Source: an uncultured SAR86 cluster bacterium
GTDB lineage: Bacteria > Pseudomonadota > Gammaproteobacteria > Magnimaribacterales > D2472
NCBI GenBank assembly: GCA_902541175.1
Contig: CACBPP010000002.1
Span: 117,589-181,588, forward strand
Direction of reading: 5' to 3'
Length of the DNA: 64,000 bases
Both the position numbers and the translations under genes were made by a program. This document shows positions 47,327 to 56,027 of the stretch, piece after piece; positions within the stretch are counted from its first letter, which is position 1, and every line of letters starts with the position of its first letter. The notes beneath the pieces are model-generated. The model saw only the letters and a program-made list of their open reading frames with translations, had not been told where the DNA came from and did not search any database.

Positions 47327-49221
47327 GTTTTGACACTATTTGAAAAAACTAATATTACTCCAGCTAAACCCATCAATAATGCTGATAACCAAATCCATCT
47401 TATTAAGTAGTTAATTTGGATATTCACTATCCAACTTCCATCATCAAGCTGGTCTCCAATTGTTATGTAAATATCTCTCAAAAATGTTATGTGAATTGCT
47501 GTTTCTGTTGTGATTTGGCCCCTTGTAAAATATCTTCTTTTTTCTGGTTTAAGATTAAATGTTCTTCCGGTTTGGTCTTCCACAAGAAATGTTGCTTTTA
47601 TTGAATCATAATTAGCGTTATTTTCCACACCAATATCTTTAAAAGAAATTTTTAAGTCTTTGTATGACTCAGTAGTATTCAAATTAATACTTAAAGCTCT
47701 TTCAGTACTCAAAAGACTATTGAATGAAATAGATATTAAAAGTAATCCTAGTGACATATGAGCTATGACACTAAAGGGATTTATAAATTTCTTAGTAAAA
47801 ATAAAGTTAACAATTTCGTATATATATCTAAATATAATTAATGATCCTGCAAATATCGAAGCAAGTATTGAAATACTATGGGATTCAAAATATTGCATAA
47901 CAAATATAGTGAATGCTAATGATAATAAAATTGAAAAAGATATCGGCGGCGAAATAAATTTGAAGTTGATGCTTCTTGACCATTTTGAATCAACCGAGAA
48001 AAATAAAAAAATTGCAGCTAAAGCAACTATTGGGATAAATATTGCATTATAAAATGGCGCACCAACACTAATTTTTTGATCAAATAAAAATTCGTAAATT
48101 AATGGGTACGTAACGCCCAGCATCACGGAAAAGATAAGAGCTCCAAAAAGAATATTATTTATAGAAATAAATGATTGTTTTGAAAATTTCTTAATTCTTG
48201 ATAAGGATTGAATGCTTGATAATCTCAAAATAAATAAAAAAACTGATGTAAAAACAATTAATCCAATAAATCCAAGAAGATATAGACCTCTGTCAGGATC
48301 ATTTGCAAATGCATGAACGCTATCAATAATTCCAGATCTAACAATAAATGCTCCAAACAAACTGAGCGAAAACACTAAAATTGATAATAAAATTGTCCAA
48401 ATTCTTAGCTGCGATGATTTTATTGATACTCCAAGAGAATGAATAAATGCAGTAGCCGCAAGCCATGGCATTAATGCAACATTTTCAACAGGATCCCAAA
48501 ACCAATATCCTCCCCAACCCAATTCATAGTAAGCCCACCAACTCCCAAGAGTAATGCCAACTGTAAGAAAAACCCATGCAGAAACTGACCATGTTTTTAC
48601 TAAAGCTTCCCAGTTTATTTTGGAATCGCCATAGAGTAAAAAAGCTATTGCGCTAGCAAACGGAATTACAAATCCGACGTATCCCAGATAAAGAGTTGGA
48701 GGATGAATTGCTAAGGCAGGATCTTGTAAGACTGGATTAATATCAGCTCCATTTAAAGGTGGAATTGGAAGTATTGTCTCAAAAGGATTTGATGTTGCTA
48801 ACAAAAATATTAAAAATCCAACCAATATGAAAGAAATTACTCCCATTGTTTTAGGCTTTAAAACTTCATTATTTTTTACCCTAATATTGAATAAGAAACC
48901 CCATAAAGATAAAAAAACAATCCATAGAAACATTGAGCCTTCATGTGCACTCCATATCGAAGAAATTTTATAAAAAATTGGAAGTGCTGTATTTGAGTGA
49001 TTTGCAATATATTGAACACTAAAATTATCTGTAATAGCCAGCCAAACATATATTAAAAATGAGGATAGAAGAAAAAAGAATCCATGCGAATATGTTCTGA
49101 CAATCAAGTTTGATATGTAGCTAGAATTTGATGAAGGAGTAAGGATAGAGAAATAACCAACGAGTAAAAATAAGCCGGTAGCTAAAACTGATAAAAAATG
49201 AGAGATTTCAATTATCATCAT
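47323..49221 (-). CDS. ccmF: cytochrome c heme lyase subunit CcmF
   Basis: It is a 632 aa polytopic protein with the WWD motif GWGGYWFWDPVEN. Confidence 0.93.
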   Translation of the reverse strand: MMIIEISHFLSVLATGLFLLVGYFSILTPSSNSSYISNLIVRTYSHGFFFLLSSFLIYVWLAITDNFSVQYIANHSNTALPIFYKISSIWSAHEGSMFLWIVFLSLWGFLFNIRVKNNEVLKPKTMGVISFILVGFLIFLLATSNPFETILPIPPLNGADINPVLQDPALAIHPPTLYLGYVGFVIPFASAIAFLLYGDSKINWEALVKTWSVSAWVFLTVGITLGSWWAYYELGWGGYWFWDPVENVALMPWLAATAFIHSLGVSIKSSQLRIWTILLSILVFSLSLFGAFIVRSGIIDSVHAFANDPDRGLYLLGFIGLIVFTSVFLFILRLSSIQSLSRIKKFSKQSFISINNILFGALIFSVMLGVTYPLIYEFLFDQKISVGAPFYNAIFIPIVALAAIFLFFSVDSKWSRSINFKFISPPISFSILLSLAFTIFVMQYFESHSISILASIFAGSLIIFRYIYEIVNFIFTKKFINPFSVIAHMSLGLLLISISFNSLLSTERALSINLNTTESYKDLKISFKDIGVENNANYDSIKATFLVEDQTGRTFNLKPEKRRYFTRGQITTETAIHITFLRDIYITIGDQLDDGSWIVNIQINYLIRWIWLSALLMGLAGVILVFSNSVKT

Positions 49222-49618
49222 TTATCTCAATATTCGGAGGCATATAGTTTTCATCATGCTTGGCTAAAACTTCTTCTGCATACAATATTTTATCTCTTAA
49301 ATTTCCTAAAACGACAACACCGCTGTCTTCTTTAAATAAATCTGGAACTATGCCCTCATATTCAACTTTAATTGAGTTTTCATAATCAGTGATGACAAAA
49401 GAAATTGAAGATGAAATTCTTTCTACTGAACCACTTAAAACCATACCGCCAACCTTAATTCTTTTATCAGCTGGTATATTTCTATCTTTAAGTTCAGTTG
49501 GCGTAAAAAAATAATCTAAATTAGAGTTTAATGAGTAAAGTATTAGTGAAATACCTGAAACTGAAAATAAAAATACAAAAAGAATGCTGTATATTCTTTT
49601 CTTTCTAATTGGGTTCAT
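49208..49618 (-). CDS. ccmE: heme chaperone CcmE
   Basis: It has an N-terminal anchor, an OB-fold, and the heme-binding His context LAKHDENYMPP. Confidence 0.92.
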   Translation of the reverse strand: MNPIRKKRIYSILFVFLFSVSGISLILYSLNSNLDYFFTPTELKDRNIPADKRIKVGGMVLSGSVERISSSISFVITDYENSIKVEYEGIVPDLFKEDSGVVVLGNLRDKILYAEEVLAKHDENYMPPNIEINDDN

Positions 49619-49730
49619 TTAATTTATCTTTAATTTTTTTAATTTTTACAGTGAAGCCTATAAAAAAGCCCAATAAACTAATAAATACTAGTATTACTAC
49701 GCTCCAAACATATAAACCGTGACCATTCAT
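49605..49730 (-). CDS. ccmD: heme exporter protein CcmD (41 aa, absent from the supplied ORF track)
   Basis: My hand translation of the minus strand gives MNGHGLYVWSVVILVFISLLGFFIGFTVKIKKIKDKLNEPN. It has one TM helix and a basic tail, sits between ccmC and ccmE, and overlaps the ccmE start by 14 nt. Confidence 0.75.
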   Translation of the reverse strand: MNGHGLYVWSVVILVFISLLGFFIGFTVKIKKIKDKLNEPN

Positions 49731-49764
49731 ATATATGGCCTCATAAATAGAATTAAATGCAAAA

Positions 49765-50496
49765 TTAAACATAATCTTTCACCCAAGATTTATTTTTTTC
49801 TCTATGGAGTATTTGATATTTTGATGAAAGCAAAACTAAACAAATTACTAAGCCAAAAAATCCGATAATTGAACCCATCAGAGGATACAACATTACTGGA
49901 TCAATACTGGGTTTATCAGTTAATGTTATAGAAGCAGATTGATGAAGTGTGCTCCACCAATCAACTGATTTTTTAATTATAGGTATGTTTACAGCTCCAA
50001 CTATTACTAACCATGACAGCAATTTATCTGCTTTTTCATGATTGCTGAATGAATTATGAAGCGATATCAAACCTAAATACATGATAAATAGAATTAAAGT
50101 AGATGTTATTCTTGCATCCCATTGCCACCATGTACCCCAGGTGGGTATTCCCCATATAGATCCTGATATTAATGCAATAAATGTTGTCATAGCTCCAATT
50201 GGCGCAATCGCAATGATTAAGTATGCTGCAAGCTTAACCCTCCAAATTAAATAAGTGATGCTGGATATTGCCATTGCTAAATATAATGTCTGAGATAAGA
50301 ATGAGGCGGGAACATGCAGATAGATAATTCTATATGAGTTTCCTTGAACAAAGTCTTCTGGTGTAAAAAAAAGACCCCAAATAATAGACATAATATAAAT
50401 TACCAAAGAGAAGTAAAAAATATATTTATAAAACCTACTTACTTGATATAAGTATGTTTTTGGAGATGCAAATTGATGTATAAATTTTTTAATCAC
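49765..50496 (-). CDS. ccmC: heme exporter protein CcmC
   Basis: The WWD motif WGTWWQWDARITS is present, in a 243 aa polytopic protein. Confidence 0.92.
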   Translation of the reverse strand: MIKKFIHQFASPKTYLYQVSRFYKYIFYFSLVIYIMSIIWGLFFTPEDFVQGNSYRIIYLHVPASFLSQTLYLAMAISSITYLIWRVKLAAYLIIAIAPIGAMTTFIALISGSIWGIPTWGTWWQWDARITSTLILFIMYLGLISLHNSFSNHEKADKLLSWLVIVGAVNIPIIKKSVDWWSTLHQSASITLTDKPSIDPVMLYPLMGSIIGFFGLVICLVLLSSKYQILHREKNKSWVKDYV

Positions 50497-50517
50497 TTTG
50501 TTTTGTACTGAAAGACT

Positions 50518-51159
50518 TTATTCCAAATGAGCCTTAATAACATAGGATACTACTATAGGTATTGCTACTATTATAATAGATAAGCTTCCCAATAATAAAA
50601 AAATAAAACTTCGATAATTTATATCTAATTGAATTGCAATTAGCCCTTTTCCTAGTACGATCAAAACAGGTAGTGCTAAAGGCATAGTAACCAATGCACC
50701 GAGAACAGAACCTTTATTTAAACTAAGTGCATTACCTAAAACAAATAAATTTAAGAAAATATAAGAGCTTATTATTGCTAGAGGAAAAATTGATAAGCTT
50801 AAAGATAAATCTTCTGTAGTACCCAGAGAAAAAACGAAACTTAAGATTGAAATAGGCAATCCTATTAAAAGCCAATGTGTGAATATTTTAGTTACGATGA
50901 TAATAGAGAATGATGGATTTTTGATTAGAGTTTGTTCAAGAGATCCATCGTTATAATCTTCAGAAAAAATGTCCTCTGTAGCTAGCATCATTGATATTAG
51001 TATGGCAATCCAAAGTACAGAAAAAAATCCTATTTCTAATTTATTTTGAAGGAATTCAACAGTTAAAGGATATGCAAGCATAATTAACCAGAAAACTAAA
51101 ATCGGTCCTAGCCAGCTTCTTGTTTTCTTTCTTAATTTTAGAAATTCTAACTTAAACAT
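50518..51159 (-). CDS. ccmB: heme exporter permease CcmB
   Basis: It is 213 aa with 6 TM segments and lies between ccmA and ccmC. Confidence 0.85.
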   Translation of the reverse strand: MFKLEFLKLRKKTRSWLGPILVFWLIMLAYPLTVEFLQNKLEIGFFSVLWIAILISMMLATEDIFSEDYNDGSLEQTLIKNPSFSIIIVTKIFTHWLLIGLPISILSFVFSLGTTEDLSLSLSIFPLAIISSYIFLNLFVLGNALSLNKGSVLGALVTMPLALPVLIVLGKGLIAIQLDINYRSFIFLLLGSLSIIIVAIPIVVSYVIKAHLE

Positions 51160-51166
51160 GTTTATT

Positions 51167-51745
51167 TTATTTTGGTATCTCTAAAATCTTAGAATTAATG
51201 TTACAAGGAATGTGTGAAGTAAAAACCAATGACTTATTCTTATCTAATTCATTATTTAAAAATGAAGTAAGTACTGTATGAGCGCCATCATCTAACCCCA
51301 CAAAAGGTTCATCCAAGATTATTAAATCAGAATTATTAAGAAATACTCTTAACAAAGCTAACTTTTTTTGTTGTCCAAATGATAAATTAGATACAGTGAC
51401 ATCTCTATATTTATTGAGTTCTAATTTATCAAGATAGGATTTAAGCATGTCACAATTAGTTAGTTGCATTAAGTTAATGTTATCGTCAAGAGTTAAGTAG
51501 GTTTTTAAAGCATTTTTATGTCCTAGGTAACATATCTCTTTTGTTGATTTATTTTCTATAGTACCTTTTACTGGTTCGGTAATTCCTAAAATAATTCTAA
51601 TTAATGTAGATTTACCCGATCCATTTCTACCTTTAATATGAAGCGCCTCTCCATGGTTGATATCAAATGATATATTATGAAAAAGCTTATTTTCATTAAT
51701 TTTATAACCAATATTTTGTGCAACTATTAAAGAGTTTTTATTCAT
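51167..51745 (-). CDS. ccmA: heme exporter ATP-binding protein CcmA
   Basis: It carries Walker A GRNGSGKST, signature LSFGQQKKLAL and Walker B LIILDEP. Confidence 0.9.
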   Translation of the reverse strand: MNKNSLIVAQNIGYKINENKLFHNISFDINHGEALHIKGRNGSGKSTLIRIILGITEPVKGTIENKSTKEICYLGHKNALKTYLTLDDNINLMQLTNCDMLKSYLDKLELNKYRDVTVSNLSFGQQKKLALLRVFLNNSDLIILDEPFVGLDDGAHTVLTSFLNNELDKNKSLVFTSHIPCNINSKILEIPK

Positions 51746-52254
51746 TAGAATATTTCAAGATTTGTAGTCCTTATTATAAGTGCTGGTAAGGGATTTTGTG
51801 GATCAATTCTTGTATAAAATCTTTTTGAGATTTCCTTAAAGGGGTCAGAACCAAAATCTCCAATTCCACCTACTGAAAAATATAGCCTCTTACTAAAAAA
51901 AATACCCTGTTCTAATTTAGGTATGTTTCTTAAAGTTGTGGATATTTTTTTTATGTTTTGTAAAAAATTCTTTTTCTCTTTAAATCGAAACCAACCCCAA
52001 GCTGAAAGATCAAGCATAGCAATCTTCTTTAATGCATTCTTAGCTTTTAGGTTTGGGAATGCAGAGGGAGGTAAAAATACTATTAAACTTCCACTTGAAT
52101 TAGTTACCAATTCATCTAACTTTTTTTCATAAGAAACATTATTTGAAAAATTCGCAAAAATATATTCTTCGTCTTTATTAGAGACTGGACACTTTAATGT
52201 CTTAAGCCTTTCTTCAGAGCCAAGAACTATATAAGTTACTAATCCTTGGCTCAA
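51745..52254 (-). CDS. hypothetical protein, co-transcribed with ccmA
   Basis: The 169 aa product is linked by a TAATG overlap to the ccmA start and starts 6 nt after metY. No confident motif was found, only a faint GT-A-like C-terminal pattern. Confidence 0.4.
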   Translation of the reverse strand: MSQGLVTYIVLGSEERLKTLKCPVSNKDEEYIFANFSNNVSYEKKLDELVTNSSGSLIVFLPPSAFPNLKAKNALKKIAMLDLSAWGWFRFKEKKNFLQNIKKISTTLRNIPKLEQGIFFSKRLYFSVGGIGDFGSDPFKEISKRFYTRIDPQNPLPALIIRTTNLEIF

Positions 52255-52260
52255 AATTAA

Positions 52261-53553
52261 TTAAATTTTCGATAAAGCTTGTTCGAAGTCAGCGATAATA
52301 TCATCGGTATGCTCAAGTCCAATTGAAAGCCTTACAAAACCAGGTGTTATCCCAGCAGAGAGTAATTCTTCCTCTGATAATTGACTATGAGTTGTACTAC
52401 CTGGATGAATAGCTAAACTTCTTGAATCGCCAATGTTTGCAACATGATAAACCATTTCAAGAGCGTTAATAAACTTCTCACCTGACTCTCTTCCGCCTTT
52501 AATCTCAAAACCCATTAGACCTCCGTTTCCACGAGTAAGATATTTTTCAGCTCTTTCTTTTGCATAACCGTCCATTACAGATGGGTAAATAACTCTTTCA
52601 ACAGAATCATGCTCTGATAGATACTTAGCAATCACCTCAGCATTTGCAGAATGCTCTCTCATTCTTAAAGCAAGGGTTTCAAGCCCTTGAATAAACATAA
52701 ATGCATTAAATGGACTCATTGCTGCTCCCATATCTCTTAAAATTGTTGTTCTTGCTTTAAGAATATATGCAATAGGTCCTAAAGGTTTTACAGCTTCAGT
52801 CCATACTGCACCACCATAAGAAGGATCTGGTGAATTTAATGCAGGTTGTCTATCTGGAAAAGCCTCCCAGTCAAAATTCCCACTATCAACGATAATACCT
52901 CCAATAGAAGTTCCATGACCTCCAATGAATTTTGTTGTTGAATGAATTAAAACAGCCGCACCATGATCAAATGGTTTACAAATTACTGGTGCTGCAGTAT
53001 TGTCAACAATTAAGGGAATGCCAAGTGGTCTTCCAATCTCAGCGACTTCGCTTATAGGAAAAACTTCAAAACTAGGATTTGGAAGAACCTCACCATAATA
53101 AGCTCTTGTGTTTTCATCAGTAGCTTCTGCAAAATTATTTGGGTCAGCAGGATCTACGAATCTAACTTCAATTCCCATATCCGACATAGGGTTTTTAAAT
53201 TGATTATAAGTTCCTCCATATAAATGAGATGAAGCAACAATGTTGTCCCCTTTTCTTGCAATATTTTGAATAGCGTAAGCGGATGCTGCTTGACCAGAAG
53301 CAACAGCTAGAGCACCTACTCCACCTTCAAGTGCTGCAATTCTATCTTCTAGAACAGCGCATGTAGGATTCATGATCCTTGAATAAATATTCCCTAGTTC
53401 TGATAATGCAAATAGATTAGCTGCATGATCACAATCATCAAACTGAAAACTGGATGTTTGGTGGATTGGTACAGCAACAGAATTAGTTGAATCATCTTTT
53501 CTCCATCCTGCATGGAGTCCAATTGTCTCTGGATTAGTGTATGTTTTGCTCAT
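52261..53553 (-). CDS. metY: O-acetylhomoserine aminocarboxypropyltransferase (sulfhydrylase)
   Basis: It is a Cys/Met-metabolism PLP enzyme with NPTCAVLEDRIAALEGG and the PLP-lysine context HSTTKFIGGHG. It is 430 aa with a strong SD (AGGAG). Confidence 0.9.
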   Translation of the reverse strand: MSKTYTNPETIGLHAGWRKDDSTNSVAVPIHQTSSFQFDDCDHAANLFALSELGNIYSRIMNPTCAVLEDRIAALEGGVGALAVASGQAASAYAIQNIARKGDNIVASSHLYGGTYNQFKNPMSDMGIEVRFVDPADPNNFAEATDENTRAYYGEVLPNPSFEVFPISEVAEIGRPLGIPLIVDNTAAPVICKPFDHGAAVLIHSTTKFIGGHGTSIGGIIVDSGNFDWEAFPDRQPALNSPDPSYGGAVWTEAVKPLGPIAYILKARTTILRDMGAAMSPFNAFMFIQGLETLALRMREHSANAEVIAKYLSEHDSVERVIYPSVMDGYAKERAEKYLTRGNGGLMGFEIKGGRESGEKFINALEMVYHVANIGDSRSLAIHPGSTTHSQLSEEELLSAGITPGFVRLSIGLEHTDDIIADFEQALSKI

Positions 53554-53682
53554 TATTTATGCTCCTCTTTCAAAAATTTAGTTCAATTAGTATAGTAAAT
53601 ATTCATGTATAACAACACCCTTATTGGATATATACTGGTATATTGATAGCAAATAATTATAATTAGCCAAGGAAATTAAATT

Positions 53683-54081
53683 ATGGCCAAAAAATATACA
53701 AATTTTAGAATTGGTGGCTCTCCATCAAAAGTTACTGATGACTATACAGTATGGACAAATGACTTACTTCAAAGGGTCATTGCAAGTAAAACTGTTATTC
53801 AGCCTGGCAAATCAACTATTGGTCATAAGTTAATAGATTCAGACGTCGTATACGTAATTACTAATGGTCGCGGCACTATGGAAATAGTTGAATATATGAA
53901 TTCTGATGAAGGCCACGGTTCGAATCCGTCCTATGGCATTGAACACAAAGATTCCTATGAGCTCTCTGCTGGTGATGTCGTTTTAGTAGAGTCTGGTGAC
54001 TATTGTAAAGTTGTTAATGATTCTGAACATGATCAATTAACCTATCTAAGGATATTTGACAGAGGTGGCTGGAGAAAATAA
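53683..54081 (+). CDS. small cupin-like protein, unknown function
   Basis: The 132 aa product has a beta-rich pattern with GHKL...VVYVITNGRGTMEI and GDVVLVESG, suggestive of a cupin barrel. Confidence 0.4.
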   Translation: MAKKYTNFRIGGSPSKVTDDYTVWTNDLLQRVIASKTVIQPGKSTIGHKLIDSDVVYVITNGRGTMEIVEYMNSDEGHGSNPSYGIEHKDSYELSAGDVVLVESGDYCKVVNDSEHDQLTYLRIFDRGGWRK

Positions 54082-54495
54082 ATGCTAAAGGCACAAATGA
54101 ATTCTGATAAATTAGCTGTTGGATTATCAACAGCTTGTGTAATTCATTGTTTTTTTGCTCCTTCATTAATTGTATTGTCATACAGTTTTTTATCTTTTTC
54201 TGTTGATAGTGAATTGGTACATTATTTGATCTTACTTTTTGCATTTCCTATTAGTATTCTTGCTTTGGGGCTTGGATATAAAAATCATAAAGAAACATCA
54301 TATTTCATAATTGGCATCACAGGATTGATGGTATTACTTTCTGCAGTTTTATTTTCAGATACAATATTTGGTGAAGCAGGCGAAAGAGCTCTTACTTTAA
54401 TTGGCTCAATGATTGTTGCATATGCACACTTCAAAAATCACAGAATTTGTAAGCAAATGGAATGTGATTGCCATGATAATCTAAAATCTAGTTAA
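54082..54495 (+). CDS. MerC-domain membrane protein
   Basis: It has 4 TM segments, with the first helix carrying ACVIHCFFAP and a Cys/His-rich tail (CKQMECDCHD). Its ATG directly abuts the stop of the upstream cupin-like gene. Confidence 0.5.
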   Translation: MLKAQMNSDKLAVGLSTACVIHCFFAPSLIVLSYSFLSFSVDSELVHYLILLFAFPISILALGLGYKNHKETSYFIIGITGLMVLLSAVLFSDTIFGEAGERALTLIGSMIVAYAHFKNHRICKQMECDCHDNLKSS

Positions 54496-55492
54496 AAATC
54501 TCAAATTTCGCCACCATTGGTAGGTGATCAGAGATACCATATTTTTTTGTAGGATTAAAATTAATTGGTTTTCCAGTATCATTATAGGAATTGGATTTTG
54601 TTCTATATATTTCTATAGTGTCTTCGATATAAGAAATTCCTCTATCTTTAGATAAAAAAATAGTATCCAAAAATTCCCATGTTTTGCCATAGTTGTAATA
54701 AAAAGAGCCTTTACAATCATCACATGCATAAATATGAGCAACACTCCAGTAAATTTCTTGAGATTTATATATGTTTAGTTTGCTATCCTCTTTTGTGTTT
54801 ACATTAAAATCACCAAGAGCAATAGTTGGGTAATTATGGCTACTAAGTAATCCAGACAGAACATCTAAGGAATCAATTCTCATTGATACATCGTGAAACC
54901 CAGAAGGAAAATGGACATTGTATATTTTTAATTTTTTTCCATTTACTTCTATAGTTGCATCAAGAATTGGCCTGGTATCCTTACCCTCAAACTCACCTGA
55001 AAACTTTATATAGTGCAACTTAGAATCAATAATATTAAACCTGCTTATCAAAGCAGTATCGATGCCTCTGTAATCCTTTCCTTCTATTAAAACAGAATCA
55101 ATATACCCATATGGCTTTAATAGATCTAATAATTGACTAAGAATATTATTATTTTCAACTTCCTGAAGAGCAATTATGTCTGGTCCATTTTGACCATAAG
55201 AAATAATACTGTTTGCAATATTTCTTAACTTGGCATTTTTTGTTTCTTCATTCCAGTCTAAATATAAGCATTCATTTTTCCATGAGTTAACTCTTATTTT
55301 GTTACATGATTTTTTATGAGCTTCCGATTGTTTAAACTCAATTGGAAGATATGCTTTGTCATCTTTTTTTATGTCGTCTAAAGTATCAAATAAATTATCT
55401 ACATTTAATGTCATAGCACTAAATTCATAACCAAAAGTCTTTGCAGGCACAATCAAAAATAAAACTAGAAGTGTCTTTAAAAAACTACTCAT
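54488..55492 (-). CDS. endonuclease/exonuclease/phosphatase (EEP) family protein, secreted
   Basis: Motifs IIALQEVEN, LGDFN and the C-terminal SDHLP are present. A signal peptide begins at MSSFLKTLLVLFLIV, so I trimmed the start to 55492. Confidence 0.75.
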   Translation of the reverse strand: MSSFLKTLLVLFLIVPAKTFGYEFSAMTLNVDNLFDTLDDIKKDDKAYLPIEFKQSEAHKKSCNKIRVNSWKNECLYLDWNEETKNAKLRNIANSIISYGQNGPDIIALQEVENNNILSQLLDLLKPYGYIDSVLIEGKDYRGIDTALISRFNIIDSKLHYIKFSGEFEGKDTRPILDATIEVNGKKLKIYNVHFPSGFHDVSMRIDSLDVLSGLLSSHNYPTIALGDFNVNTKEDSKLNIYKSQEIYWSVAHIYACDDCKGSFYYNYGKTWEFLDTIFLSKDRGISYIEDTIEIYRTKSNSYNDTGKPINFNPTKKYGISDHLPMVAKFEIFN

Positions 55493-55964
55493 TAATATCT
55501 TTAATATGAAGCTTGATATCAAAAGGAATATCTATCATTTTTCTCTGTTCTAAGTAAACATTTTGTAAATGTTTAACTTTTTCATCTGAAAAATTAACTA
55601 CTTTCCTTTTATTAAGGTCAATATGAGCTAAAACTGTTTCAAATATAGCCGCTAAATCTAAATTTTCATTTTGCAAAATACCAATGAAGTGTAATAATTT
55701 TTTGTTACTCTTATAGAGAGTAAAAGACGGAAAAACATTCTCTCCCAATGTAAATTCATCTAAGTATCTAATACTATCTTCTAGAGTAAATGTTGAAAAA
55801 CCGCTTTTTAAATAGTCTTCGTCAAAACCTAGTTCTTCTATGTAAAAGGATGTATATACACTATCAAAGAGCTTGTAATAATAATTTACATTCATGTGGC
55901 CATTGTGGTCACACATTTCTTGAGTAACTTTTATAGTATCGTGAACATAAGGTAGTGATTTCAT
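55485..55964 (-). CDS. hotdog-fold acyl-CoA thioesterase (4HBT-like)
   Basis: It is 159 aa with the N-terminal active-site context CDHNGHMNVNYYYKLFD. Confidence 0.65.
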   Translation of the reverse strand: MKSLPYVHDTIKVTQEMCDHNGHMNVNYYYKLFDSVYTSFYIEELGFDEDYLKSGFSTFTLEDSIRYLDEFTLGENVFPSFTLYKSNKKLLHFIGILQNENLDLAAIFETVLAHIDLNKRKVVNFSDEKVKHLQNVYLEQRKMIDIPFDIKLHIKDINE

Positions 55965-55977
55965 ATTTAAATTATAA

Positions 55978-56007
55978 ATAAAAAAAAGCCCAGAATAATA
56001 CTGGGCT
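55978..56007 (-). terminator. rho-independent terminator of the TonB-dependent receptor gene
   Basis: The stem AGCCCAG/CTGGGCT has a 7-nt loop and is followed on the minus strand by a T8 run. Confidence 0.75.
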
Positions 56008-56027
56008 TTTAAATAATAAAGTACTAA

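Noticed and set aside
53554-53682. I looked for a possible SAM-type riboswitch upstream of metY.
   Set aside because: The minus-strand leader is short, only about 90 nt including promoter-like TATACT/TACTAT elements. I could not find the conserved SAM-II/SAM-V pseudoknot core or any convincing helix. A covariance-model scan would settle it.
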